Assembly: GCA_965219345.1 (NCBI GenBank)
Contig: OZ244732.1
Location: 1,056,001-1,120,000 of the forward strand
Reading direction: 5' to 3'
Origin: Nitrosopumilus sp.
Lineage (GTDB): Archaea > Thermoproteota > Nitrososphaeria > Nitrososphaerales > Nitrosopumilaceae
DNA: 64,000 nucleotides
Positions within the stretch are counted from its first letter, which is position 1. Every line of letters starts with the position of its first letter. Position numbers and translations under genes: made by a program. This document shows positions 1-9,360 of the stretch, in pieces. The notes below the pieces were generated by a model that was not told the DNA's origin, searched no databases, and worked only from the letters and a program-made list of their open reading frames with translations.

Positions 1-280
1 AGAAAATGTTGCTGATAGGCCAGAAATTGAACGAGAGTTAAGATTGGCACTGCAACTATTATCAAGAAAATTGGCAGCATACATATCAAAAAGAGGCCAG
101 GCTGAAATGGCAAAAAAGAGATCTAACCTTTATGCAAAATATATTCCAATGATTGCAGAGTTTTGTACAGAACTTGCTGGCAAGAAAAAAGAACCTAATT
201 ATAAAAAAATATTAAAAGAAACAAATCCTATAGAACCAAAACCTACTGTAGAGGAGGAAAAACCAATTGAAAACAAGTAA
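1..280 (+). CDS. top6B: DNA topoisomerase VI subunit B, C-terminal part (truncated by window edge)
   Basis: Frame is open from position 2 (ENVADRPEIERELRLALQ...YIPMIAEF), typical of the Top6B C-terminus; overlaps the top6A start. Confidence 0.9.
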   Translation, partial: ENVADRPEIERELRLALQLLSRKLAAYISKRGQAEMAKKRSNLYAKYIPMIAEFCTELAGKKKEPNYKKILKETNPIEPKPTVEEEKPIENK

Positions 281-1373
281 ATCAAAAGAACTTAGCAAGA
301 AAGCCACAGAAAAACAAAAGAATATTCTTGAAATGCTGAAAAGCCATGGCGCAAAAATATATGATGACTTGGATAATGGACAATTTCCAAAATTCTCCAT
401 TCCCAGTAGATCTGTAAGCAACATAGTTTATGATAAAAGACTTAGACAATACATTCTAGGCAACAATTCTGCTTTAAGAAGCGCAAAAAATTCCGCTCAG
501 TTAAGATCTTTTACACAATTAATGTGGCTTGCATTCTTTGCAAATAGATTAACACAAGAGAAAAAATCATCCACTTTGAGAGATGTCTATTATTCATCGC
601 AAGCATTTGCTGTAGAATTTGAAGATCAATCAGAATCAGATAACATTATTGTGGATTTAGAAGCTGTTACGTCTAAACCTCGCGAAGATTTTCACATTTT
701 TCCTGAAGAGAGAAGCTCTATCTTTGGTGATTTGAATATTGAATATACAATTCCTGGATACGAGGGCAAAACAATGAACCTGTCTAACCACCCTGATGGA
801 TATGCAATCGGTCCTAGTTTGACTACCGCAGAACTGGTTGACACTAGTGCCGAAATTGTTGTTGCTGTTGAAAAGGGTGGTCTTTTTACAAGATTTGTTG
901 AAGAACAAATTGATAAAAAATTCAAATCTATAATCATCAATACTGGTGGACAAGCTCCTCGTTCAACTAGAACTTTGTTAAAAAGACTTCATGATGAAAT
1001 GGGGTTGCCTGTCATTATCCTTACCGATGGTGATGTATATGGGGAACATATTGCAATGGTAATCAAATCTGGTTCAGCAAATGCTGCTCACCTAAGAGAG
1101 CTTACTGTTCCTGATGCAAAATGGGTTGGAGTCTGGGCTACTGATATTGAAAAATATAAACTACCAACAATCCCTATGACCGAATCTGATATTAAGAGAT
1201 GTCATGATCTTCTGAAGGATCCTAGATATGAAAGCGGAATTTGGAAAAAAGAACTAGATGTATTTTTGAGACTTAAAAGAAAGGCTGAATTGGAGGCTTT
1301 TTCCAAATATGGTCTTACTAATATCACTGACAAATATTTGCCACAAAAATTAGAACTAGCAAAAAGTCTCTAG
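267..1373 (+). CDS. top6A: DNA topoisomerase VI subunit A
   Basis: TLRDVYY catalytic Tyr motif; Toprim motifs VEKGG and DGDVYG; KAELEA. Confidence 0.97.
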   Translation: MKTSKSKELSKKATEKQKNILEMLKSHGAKIYDDLDNGQFPKFSIPSRSVSNIVYDKRLRQYILGNNSALRSAKNSAQLRSFTQLMWLAFFANRLTQEKKSSTLRDVYYSSQAFAVEFEDQSESDNIIVDLEAVTSKPREDFHIFPEERSSIFGDLNIEYTIPGYEGKTMNLSNHPDGYAIGPSLTTAELVDTSAEIVVAVEKGGLFTRFVEEQIDKKFKSIIINTGGQAPRSTRTLLKRLHDEMGLPVIILTDGDVYGEHIAMVIKSGSANAAHLRELTVPDAKWVGVWATDIEKYKLPTIPMTESDIKRCHDLLKDPRYESGIWKKELDVFLRLKRKAELEAFSKYGLTNITDKYLPQKLELAKSL

Positions 1374-1832
1374 TTATTTTATTCTAAGTGTTAAGACACC
1401 GTTTCTATATTTAAAATCAAATATCTGCATGCTGTCTGCACCTTCAATTGGAACTTCTTTTGAAAATCCTGCAGTTCCACGTATGTATAAAATTCCATCT
1501 ATTAGTCTGACTGCAATTTTATCTTCAGGACCTGGCACTTCAGCTACAAAAACAAATTCTCCTTCACTTTTTATCAGATCATAAACCCAATTCTTTGTTT
1601 CCTGTTCTCTTACCTTAGAATATAATGGCTTTTGGTCCTTTGTCATCTTTTTTAGAACCCTAACCCAGTAAAACATTGTTAACGTAGCTGCACCAATTAA
1701 AATAAAACTTGAAAAACCTGTATCCGCCTTCTGTGATATGACATAAATTATTCCTAAAAATAAAAGTACGATTATTGGTATAACAAAATTTAATGATTGT
1801 TCATTTGAATATGCTCCCTTATAACTTGCCAA
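1374..1832 (-). CDS. Membrane-anchored Hsp20/alpha-crystallin-like protein
   Basis: Two N-terminal TM segments; C-terminal AEVPG...YRNGVLTLRI alpha-crystallin motif; likely TTG start at 1832. Confidence 0.7.
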   Translation of the reverse strand: MASYKGAYSNEQSLNFVIPIIVLLFLGIIYVISQKADTGFSSFILIGAATLTMFYWVRVLKKMTKDQKPLYSKVREQETKNWVYDLIKSEGEFVFVAEVPGPEDKIAVRLIDGILYIRGTAGFSKEVPIEGADSMQIFDFKYRNGVLTLRIK

Positions 1833-1903
1833 ACAGTTCAAATCTGAGTTTACCAAATATAAAGTATCTTTGATTTTTATTACCATTTTTCAAAATTTAA
1901 CTA

Positions 1904-2125
1904 TTGCCCAATAATGAAAAATCTACCAAACTTACAATGCAAGAAATTGTACTAAGGGGAACCATAATTGCTATAATTATTACAATTCCATCTCTTATTG
2001 CATTTGTCCTAACTTGGGTTTTTTTTGATGATTTTATCTTAGGAGCATTTTCAGGCGTGGTAGTTCATTTAATTACCTTGATGTTTTCCTGGAAAATTTC
2101 AAAAAAACTATTGGTCAAAAAGTAA
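1904..2125 (+). CDS. Small two-TM membrane protein
   Basis: 73 aa ORF with two hydrophobic segments. Confidence 0.65.
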   Translation: MPNNEKSTKLTMQEIVLRGTIIAIIITIPSLIAFVLTWVFFDDFILGAFSGVVVHLITLMFSWKISKKLLVKK

Positions 2126-2166
2126 TTGTCTAGATCATTTTTATTTCGTTATAATTCATTCCCAAA

Positions 2167-2520
2167 ATGATGTACTCTAGAATTGAAAATGATCTGGTTT
2201 CTGAAATCAAATTAGACCCTATTCAGGCTAAAGTGTATTTGTTAGTTACCTGTAATGGAAAAATGTCTTCAACAAAAATTGCAGAAAAATTAAAGATCTC
2301 TTTGAGCGATTCCAAAAAGACAGCTAAAGAGCTAATTACTTTTGGTGCTTTTATCGACTTTTCTGAAACTGAGTTTGAAGCAATGCATCCTAGATTTACT
2401 GCAGTTAACATGTATAGAAAGATGTGTGAGCGAGAAAATATTGAATTTAAACGAAACAAGATTGTTGATAATATAGGAGTAATTTTAGAAAAACCATATG
2501 ATGATGCAAGAACTAAATAA
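2167..2520 (+). CDS. TrmB-like winged-helix protein
   Basis: QAKVYLLV...MSSTKIAEKLKIS...ELITFG HTH pattern. Confidence 0.65.
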   Translation: MMYSRIENDLVSEIKLDPIQAKVYLLVTCNGKMSSTKIAEKLKISLSDSKKTAKELITFGAFIDFSETEFEAMHPRFTAVNMYRKMCERENIEFKRNKIVDNIGVILEKPYDDARTK

Positions 2521-2542
2521 TACTAAAGATGGGTGAACAACA

Positions 2543-2941
2543 TTGAATATTGACACTGAAACTTGTAAACATCAGCCAGTTTACTATGGAGTGGTAAACA
2601 TCAACATAAATGAGAAAACAATTGGTTCAGTCGATGTCTGGAGATGTGGTGCATGCAAGAAGCAATTCTGTGAAGAAAAACAGCTTGGAATCGAAGAGAT
2701 AGCTGAAATAGTAGGAATGCCAAAAATTGATCCTGATGCAAAATGGGCAGTTACAGTATGTAAATTACAACAAGGAAAAGAAAAATGGAGATTAGTTAAA
2801 CTAAAAGAAAACAGCGAAATCAAACACGAATGCTTAGATGAACAAATAATTCCACTCAAGATTGAGAATTTCAAAGTTGAAGATGAGCAACATTGGAGCT
2901 TTTTAATTGACGACAATGTTAACAAGGCTGTTGAAATTTAG
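2543..2941 (+). CDS. Hypothetical protein, probable Zn-binding
   Basis: CKH...CGAC motifs; tightly packed with neighbours on the same strand. Confidence 0.65.
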   Translation: MNIDTETCKHQPVYYGVVNININEKTIGSVDVWRCGACKKQFCEEKQLGIEEIAEIVGMPKIDPDAKWAVTVCKLQQGKEKWRLVKLKENSEIKHECLDEQIIPLKIENFKVEDEQHWSFLIDDNVNKAVEI

Positions 2942-2949
2942 TTTCTAAA

Positions 2950-3234
2950 ATGGATCTTAAAGTTCACATCAATAATATTCATGGAAGCCAGATGGCTGCA
3001 AAGATTACTGGTAAATTCACTTTAGATGGTAATGAATTTCGTTTTACTGCAATAGCATTTGGTAGGATAGGTGGACAAAATGTAGGTGCTAAAATTTCTA
3101 AAACCACTGAAAAAGAATTAGAACAATTAGGATACGATATTGAAGAAGTTATCATATTGCTTCAGAGGAATCTACTTCAAGGAGATTTGACTCTTCCGGA
3201 AGGGCTTTCAAAAGAATCATTTGTTGATGACTAA
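2950..3234 (+). CDS. Hypothetical protein; its 3' end contains the element attachment site
   Basis: 94 aa ORF ending within TTGTTGATGACTAA. Confidence 0.7.
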   Translation: MDLKVHINNIHGSQMAAKITGKFTLDGNEFRFTAIAFGRIGGQNVGAKISKTTEKELEQLGYDIEEVIILLQRNLLQGDLTLPEGLSKESFVDD

Positions 3235-3235
3235 A
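3221..3235 (+). repeat. attL-like direct repeat TTGTTGATGACTAAA
   Basis: Identical to 8009-8023. Confidence 0.85.
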
Positions 3236-3401
3236 TAAGCTTTATAGTAATTTTATCTCATTTTTCTTGCTTGTTTTTTTATCATTTTGTAATTTGTCTA
3301 TGTTTTTACAAATCCATTTCAGAATACATTTACATTAACCATCTTTTTCTGGGTATTTGAGCATTTTGACACTGATTTACACTCGTAAATAGCAGTTTCA
3401 A

Positions 3402-4028
3402 CTATCTTCTCATAAATTCACTAAGTTTGTTTTTCATACTACAATATGGTTTAAGATGATTGTATTTTTGATTGAGTTCTCCTTGTATATCTATGGCTTT
3501 TTTGCGGAAATGTCCCCACATTTGATTTTGTTCATTTTGAATTTTTTTTGCTTTTTGATTCGTTCCTCTCTCTTTTTCTTTTAATTTATTTATTTGGCCA
3601 TGAATAACTTTGATATCTTGACTAGATTGGGAATTTTGAATTTCTTTTACTAATTTGACCTCATCTAAGAATTCATTGATTTTCATTTCATGCCATATTA
3701 TATTTTCTAAATACTTGTTGTCTTGTATTGATAAGGCATGGGAATTATCAATCCTATATGAAGTTGAATGTAGCTTCCTGTAAAAATTACCTCCTTCTTG
3801 ATTGAATTGCCCTACTCGTTTATTCCCATCTTCAAAAGATACTTTTAGTAAATTTCTAATCTTTTTTGATATTTCAACAAGTGAAAGCTCGCCAGTTCCA
3901 TTTAGTTTTTCTTTTAACGGCTGTAAATCTATAAGTAATTGTTCAAATTTTTTAATAATTAAATCTGGAGATGTAAAGTTTTTCTTTATGTATTGACTCG
4001 TTTTCTTGAATCTTTGCGTGTTCTTCAA
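3402..4028 (-). CDS. Hypothetical coiled-coil protein (possibly 3' half of a frameshifted gene)
   Basis: 208 aa helical K/E/Q-rich ORF overlapping the upstream ORF by 77 nt. Confidence 0.5.
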   Translation of the reverse strand: MKNTQRFKKTSQYIKKNFTSPDLIIKKFEQLLIDLQPLKEKLNGTGELSLVEISKKIRNLLKVSFEDGNKRVGQFNQEGGNFYRKLHSTSYRIDNSHALSIQDNKYLENIIWHEMKINEFLDEVKLVKEIQNSQSSQDIKVIHGQINKLKEKERGTNQKAKKIQNEQNQMWGHFRKKAIDIQGELNQKYNHLKPYCSMKNKLSEFMRR

Positions 4029-4422
4029 AATCTATCGGCATCATATTTTGTGCAACTTGCCTCATCATATTTTCTAATGTTACTTTATCATGTACTTTTT
4101 TTCTTTCTGCATATTTATTCAAAAAGGCATTAATCTCAGTAATGAGTATCTGTTCTTTAGGTTCAGGATCAATTTCTTTTTCGCCATTTTTGATATACAA
4201 CTCATCGATTTTACTTTGAAAATCATCACACAGTTGGCGACCACCATATTCCCAAAAACCTTCTGGTGCATCAGAATCAATTGACAACAAATTCTCAAAT
4301 GGTCTCCATTGGTTTTTTCGTAATGTACTAAAATCAGGGTTGTTTAGTATTTCTTCAATTTTGATGCATAATTGCAAGTATTTGTTATTGATAGCAGGAC
4401 TAGGTGTAACAGTCTCCACCAA
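3952..4422 (-). CDS. Hypothetical protein (possibly 5' half of a frameshifted gene)
   Basis: 156 aa ORF inside the integrated element. Confidence 0.5.
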   Translation of the reverse strand: MVETVTPSPAINNKYLQLCIKIEEILNNPDFSTLRKNQWRPFENLLSIDSDAPEGFWEYGGRQLCDDFQSKIDELYIKNGEKEIDPEPKEQILITEINAFLNKYAERKKVHDKVTLENMMRQVAQNMMPIDFEEHAKIQENESIHKEKLYISRFNY

Positions 4423-4668
4423 AGAAAATTTCTAAACACCTTCGGAATAAGGTATAATGTAGTTTTAGACTGAATAAATCCTTTAGAAATGGCTCATCAG
4501 AGAGTATGAATCTGGGTTTCTTTTTTTTGTCAGAACTAGTCATCTAAACAAATAATGATCTATAAAGGATTTAAGAAAATATATTTCATCTATGAAAAAC
4601 CAGGAAATTTAGTATTCTAAACTCTTCGTTTTTCAACATGCTTAAGTTTATACCAAACACAGAAAATT

Positions 4669-5247
4669 ATGCTCATCGCAGGCTCGGATATATCTGGCAT
4701 TCAAGGTAGGGGTGAACAATTATACATTTCGTTAGTAATTGGTACTCAAGAAGTAATCAACACATTACATAGCAATACAGGAGTAGAAAAAATCCATATG
4801 ATTCGTTTAGATGATAAGCAGAAAAATGATGTAATTAATGCTTTAGACTTTTGTAGACCTGACGTGAGTGCTTGGTGTTTTTATGTTGAACGACAAAATA
4901 TAATTAATAATATTTTTAATCATCCACGATCTAAGGCATCACCTGGATCAAAAGAAAGAGTCTATGTAGAATTTGATAAGATATTTTTGAAATGCTTTCG
5001 ACATGAATTAAATGATTTTTGTATTCAACATGGTGAAGAAATTGGAGAACTATCAGTAGAATGTGATTCAGATATGAGACAATCTATTAGAAGGTGGGGT
5101 TTCACAAATAATGATGAAGGAAAAGCTCATGGGGTTGCTGATGCAGTCGCTTGGTGTAATTCCCATTTTAAAAAACTCAAAGGATGCAATGAAGTAAATT
5201 TAGCAAATGTAATAAATTCTAAATTAACATCTAAAATGATAAGATGA
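4669..5247 (+). CDS. DUF3800-like RNase H-fold protein
   Basis: N-terminal GSDISG (cf. DESG), central VECD, C-terminal GVADAVAW (cf. QxADxxA); 192 aa. Confidence 0.55.
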   Translation: MLIAGSDISGIQGRGEQLYISLVIGTQEVINTLHSNTGVEKIHMIRLDDKQKNDVINALDFCRPDVSAWCFYVERQNIINNIFNHPRSKASPGSKERVYVEFDKIFLKCFRHELNDFCIQHGEEIGELSVECDSDMRQSIRRWGFTNNDEGKAHGVADAVAWCNSHFKKLKGCNEVNLANVINSKLTSKMIR

Positions 5248-5250
5248 AGC

Positions 5251-5324
5251 TCAGGACTCAATTAACACCTTGCACCACCGTAATTCCTTTCGGTTTCCGT
5301 TAGCCAAGGCGATAGAAGTCCTGA
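5251..5324 (+). ncRNA. Putative structured RNA directly 3' of the DUF3800-like gene
   Basis: Nested stems: TCAGGACT 5251-5258 / AGTCCTGA 5317-5324; CCTTG 5268-5272 / CAAGG 5305-5309; ACCG 5277-5280 / CGGT 5291-5294; GC-richer than flanks. Confidence 0.5.
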
Positions 5325-5389
5325 TATTATATCTATAACATTACATCAATAAAAAGTTCCCGATTATTCACTATGTACGCACATCTTTT

Positions 5390-5534
5390 AGGTAGTTGTT
5401 ACTACTTTAGGCATAAGGTAGTTGTTACTACTTTAGGCATAAGGTAGTTGTTACTACTTTAGGCATAAGGTAGTTGTTACTACTTTAGGCATAAGGTAGT
5501 TGTTACTACTTTAGGCATAAGGTAGTTGTTACTA
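5390..5534. repeat. Intergenic tandem array, 26-bp unit AGGTAGTTGTTACTACTTTAGGCATA x ~5.5
   Basis: GGTAGTTGTT recurs at 5391, 5417, 5443, 5469, 5495 and 5521; each unit holds a GTAGT-tgtt-ACTAC hairpin; no spacers. Confidence 0.95.
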
Positions 5535-5576
5535 TTTAAGAAAAAATCTTAAGTTCATAATTCTTGTAGAAAATTT

Positions 5577-6095
5577 GTGCCGCCTAGAACTTTACCTGAA
5601 ACCAAATTGACACAGGTACAATATGATAATTTAATTCAAGATTTAAGAGGTAAAACATACGTTCTGTGTCTAAACATTGAGGCTTTAGTAGATAGGAACG
5701 GTGAATTATTTGAAACTGGAATGGCTGTCCTAAAAGAAACTCGTTACAATGTTGGAATTGTATCATTATACCTTCATGCCCTTGAACAAGTAGGCAAATT
5801 AATCATGGTACATAATTGTAAAGGAACATTTGATGACACTTATTATGATTTAGATTCAATTAAAACAGATTTCTATGATCATTACAAAAAGTTAGACTCT
5901 GCCTTAGAGGCATTACCTGATGAATTAACAGATATTTTTGTTCATTCTAGTGAGTCACTTACAATAAAACAAAGATTAAAAATTCTACACTCCGACATTG
6001 ACAAGAATGGAGATGTTGTTAAATCCCCTGTTATCGATGTTGATAAAATGAAAAAAGCATTCAAGACATTCAAAAATAAACAATTTTCGTATTAA
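5577..6095 (+). CDS. AbiV-family / HEPN-like putative ribonuclease toxin
   Basis: LYLHALEQVGK (cf. AbiV ALEExGK), FYDHYKK (HxxK) and RLKILH (Rx4H) motifs; 172 aa, GTG start. Confidence 0.6.
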   Translation: MPPRTLPETKLTQVQYDNLIQDLRGKTYVLCLNIEALVDRNGELFETGMAVLKETRYNVGIVSLYLHALEQVGKLIMVHNCKGTFDDTYYDLDSIKTDFYDHYKKLDSALEALPDELTDIFVHSSESLTIKQRLKILHSDIDKNGDVVKSPVIDVDKMKKAFKTFKNKQFSY

Positions 6096-6200
6096 TTAGA
6101 AATAGAATTAGATTCCAAACTCATTTCTAATTTGCATCAACGAAGAAACCAAAGATTTTTTTGAGTCTAAAAGATCAAAGTACTGTTGTCAGAAATACCT

Positions 6201-6554
6201 ATGAAACAATGTCATGCTTGTAATCAAGATGTTCCAACAACGACGATAGGATAATGCCCTCTTTGTGGAGAAGAAAAAGGATATCATAACAATGAGGTTC
6301 TTACTGAACATGTTCATTTACACGACGAAGTTCATAGAACATTAGAGCGAATCACAGAGAAAAAAACAGTCAACAAAAAACATGAGACAATTTCACTAGT
6401 AATTTTTGCAATTTCAATAATTGTTGCAAGTTTAATCCCAACAAACCCATTTTTTCAGCCATTTGCAATACTAATTGCAGTCTTACTTGGCAGTATTCCA
6501 CTAGGATACACCAGTTATCATACAGAGAGAACATGCCTTATCGATAGAGATTAA
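6201..6554 (+). pseudogene. Zn-ribbon plus two-TM protein interrupted by an in-frame stop
   Basis: MKQCHAC...TIG*CPLCGEE...; TAA at 6252-6254 splits the two CxxC pairs; frame continues to TAA at 6554. Confidence 0.7.
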
Positions 6555-6716
6555 CAAAAAAGGACTGAATTACAGCTTCATATATCTAGATTGTACTAGT
6601 TTGTAGTTAATGTCAACAAAAGAATTTGGCGGATTTCTGTTTTCAGCAAGAATAATACTTGGCCTTTCAGCTGTAGGTATTCTCAATTACTTTATGTAGC
6701 CCTCTTTTTTCTTTTT

Positions 6717-7996
6717 TTATTTTCTAATCTCTATTTTTTTCTCTAAATTCTGTAACTGTCTTGATAAAGAATCAACAATTCTTCTCAACTCTGAATTGTC
6801 CTTCTGCATATCTGAATAGTTTCTGTCAATTTTTTCAGCATCTGATATTGTAACTGCATGTTCAACATCAAGATAGGTTCTGGCTCGTACTTTGTCATTT
6901 TGTCTATAGTAGAGTAATCTGATACTCTTGTGTCCCATCAATGCTTCTGCAAAGTCTGATTGGTGTGTGCATCAGTTACTTGTGTCTTAAACCAGGCACG
7001 AAATGCATGAAAATGAATTGAGCTTCTACCATTTTCATTTTTTGCATCAAGTTCTGGAATGTTTCTGATCAGAACAGATAGTTGCTTTTCTAGATTGTGG
7101 TTTGTTGATAACACACTTTTGGCATATCGTTCCTCTTTGGTTATGTTTGTAAGATTAGACTCTAAAATCTTGATATTTTTCTTATCCATTTTTTGAAGAC
7201 CAATATTGTTGTATTGGTTTTTTACCAATCTATCTCTAAGACGTCTTAGTCTATCTTCATGTTGTAGTAAAAACAGATAATCTTCATTCTTCATAGGTCT
7301 ATTCTTCCTGGATAGATAATCCTTCAAAGCACTAACAGCTTCTGATGAAATGTGAGTGATTCTAGTTTCTTGAGTCTTTGTAGTTTCTGCTCTTACAGTA
7401 ATTGTGGCAGGTTCTAGTGTAAAATCAATATCTGAGAATCGAAGTTGTACTATTTCTCCTATTCTCATCCCACTGGAGCAGGCAATGAGTATGACTGCTG
7501 CTAACTTGGCATTTGCCAATCTAATTATTCTGTTAATAACATCTTTTGTTAGTACCTTTTCATAGACATAGATTTTTCGTGGAAGCTTGAATCTCTGCTT
7601 TACACCTTCATTGTATATTTTACAACCCTCACCATTTAGAAATTCCTTTGCCACCCTGATATAGTCACATATTGTCTGGTTGCTATACCCAATCTTCTCT
7701 GAATTTTCTCGTTTACATTCTGCTAAAAACGAGTAAAAATTATCCAAGACTTAGATTGGATCTATTTCTTTTGCTTCTATTTTTTGTAATAATTCTCCAA
7801 GATCTAGATTATACTGTATACCTAGGAATTTCATGAATCTCTTTAATGCCGAATTGTAGGTACCTTTTGTTGAGAAACTGCGTGATGTTCTAAACTTTCG
7901 CTCAAGGAACCTAGCTATTTTATCTTGAATACTCTGAATTTGCATCTGTTCTGCGGTTTTCTCTGAATTACTTAAAGACCGAAGCGATAAAGTCAC
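6717..7996 (-). pseudogene. Tyrosine recombinase/integrase, inactivated
   Basis: SGMRIGE, TTKT, HAFR and MGH...YY catalytic motifs spread over three ORFs; in-frame stop at 7751-7753 and +2 slip in a CA run near 6965. Confidence 0.9.
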
Positions 7997-8008
7997 TATA
8001 AATTATAA

Positions 8009-8023
8009 TTGTTGATGACTAAA
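8009..8023 (+). repeat. attR-like direct repeat TTGTTGATGACTAAA (overlaps the mtnP stop codon)
   Basis: Identical to 3221-3235. Confidence 0.85.
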
Positions 8024-8810
8024 ACTCCGCTTCTTCTAATGCCTTAGCACAAGAACAACTTCTAGTTTTAGGAATTTTATCAATCAATTCTGTTAATACT
8101 GTCTTTGTCTTCTCTACATTTTTTGAAAGTGTTTCTAATACTTGATCAGCAGTTACAGGCTTTTCAGCCCAAACGTCATAATCTGTAACAGTTGAAATTG
8201 ATGCATAGCATATCTGTGCTTCTCTTGCCAACTGACATTCTGGAACAAGTGTCATTCCAATGATATCTGCCCCAGTAGATCGATAGAATTTTGATTCTGC
8301 TTTAGTTGAAAATCGTGGACCTTCAATACAAACATAGGTACATTCTTTATGCATTTTCATATCCTGTTTTCCTGTTACCTGAAGAATTAATGATTGTAAT
8401 TCTGGACAAAAAGGATCAGCTACTGAAATATGAATCACTCTTCCTTCATTTGAAAATGAACCGTCTCTTGATTTAGTAAAATCTAAAAATTGTGATGGTA
8501 ATGCAAAGTGCCCAGGCTCCAATTCTTTTTTTAGGCTTCCAACTGCTGAAGGTGCTATGATCCTTGTAACTCCTAATTCCTTGAATGCCCAAATGTTCGC
8601 TTTAAAATTAATCATATGTGGTGGAATAGTGTGTTTTTTTCCATGTCTTGGAAGGAAAGCAATCTTTCTTCCTTTGAAAATTCCCACTGTAATGGTATCT
8701 GAAGGTTTACCATAAGGTGTATCAATATCCACTTCTTGTGCATTTTCAAGTAAACCTGAATCATAAATTCCTGTTCCCCCAAAAATTCCGATCTCAACAT
8801 CTTTTTCCAT
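8019..8810 (-). CDS. mtnP: S-methyl-5'-thioadenosine phosphorylase
   Basis: [25 protein letters not shown] and TDYD motifs. Confidence 0.95.
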   Translation of the reverse strand: MEKDVEIGIFGGTGIYDSGLLENAQEVDIDTPYGKPSDTITVGIFKGRKIAFLPRHGKKHTIPPHMINFKANIWAFKELGVTRIIAPSAVGSLKKELEPGHFALPSQFLDFTKSRDGSFSNEGRVIHISVADPFCPELQSLILQVTGKQDMKMHKECTYVCIEGPRFSTKAESKFYRSTGADIIGMTLVPECQLAREAQICYASISTVTDYDVWAEKPVTADQVLETLSKNVEKTKTVLTELIDKIPKTRSCSCAKALEEAEF

Positions 8811-9322
8811 TAATACTTCACCAGTGATTTGCAGTCATACTTGCTGATTCCTTTCATTCCATTTAGTTCTGTTAACTCTATGATAAATGCAAAACCAGAA
8901 ATTTTCCCTCCTACTTTTTCAATTAATTTTGCAGATGCTTTTGCTGTACCTCCAGTTGCAAGTAAGTCGTCGCAAATTAGTATTCTTTGTCCTTCTTTGA
9001 TGATGTCTTTTTGAATTTCTATAATGTCCTTACCATATTCAATTGTGTATGATATTTTTGCAGTTTTTCCAGGCAATTTCCCTGCTTTTCTAATCATTAT
9101 CATGCCTTTGTTGTATCTTGAGGCTAAAACACTAGCTAAAATGAACCCTCTTGATTCAATTCCAGCAAACAAATCAATATCTTTTGGATGAAAATGTTTT
9201 GAAAACTCATCTGCAATTAAAGACAAAGCTGCAGGATCTTTCAAAATTGGACTAAAGTCTTTAAACAATATTCCTTTTTTAGGAAAATTGGGATATTCAA
9301 CAATTTTTTCTTTTAGGTTCAT
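8810..9322 (-). CDS. apt: Adenine phosphoribosyltransferase
   Basis: [22 protein letters not shown] and [13 protein letters not shown] motif. Confidence 0.95.
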   Translation of the reverse strand: MNLKEKIVEYPNFPKKGILFKDFSPILKDPAALSLIADEFSKHFHPKDIDLFAGIESRGFILASVLASRYNKGMIMIRKAGKLPGKTAKISYTIEYGKDIIEIQKDIIKEGQRILICDDLLATGGTAKASAKLIEKVGGKISGFAFIIELTELNGMKGISKYDCKSLVKY

Positions 9323-9360
9323 AAAAAAATTCAAAGTTAGTGGAATAAAATTGTTTGAAA

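Larger units (their letters stand above)
3221..8023. mobile_element. Integrated element (~4.8 kb) with decayed tyrosine integrase, flanked by 15-bp direct repeats
   Basis: TTGTTGATGACTAAA at 3221-3235 and 8009-8023; integrase gene abuts the right repeat; cargo of orphan and defence-like genes. Confidence 0.85.

Noticed and set aside
5390-5534. CRISPR array
   Set aside because: Units are contiguous and identical with no spacers, and no cas genes are visible in the window.
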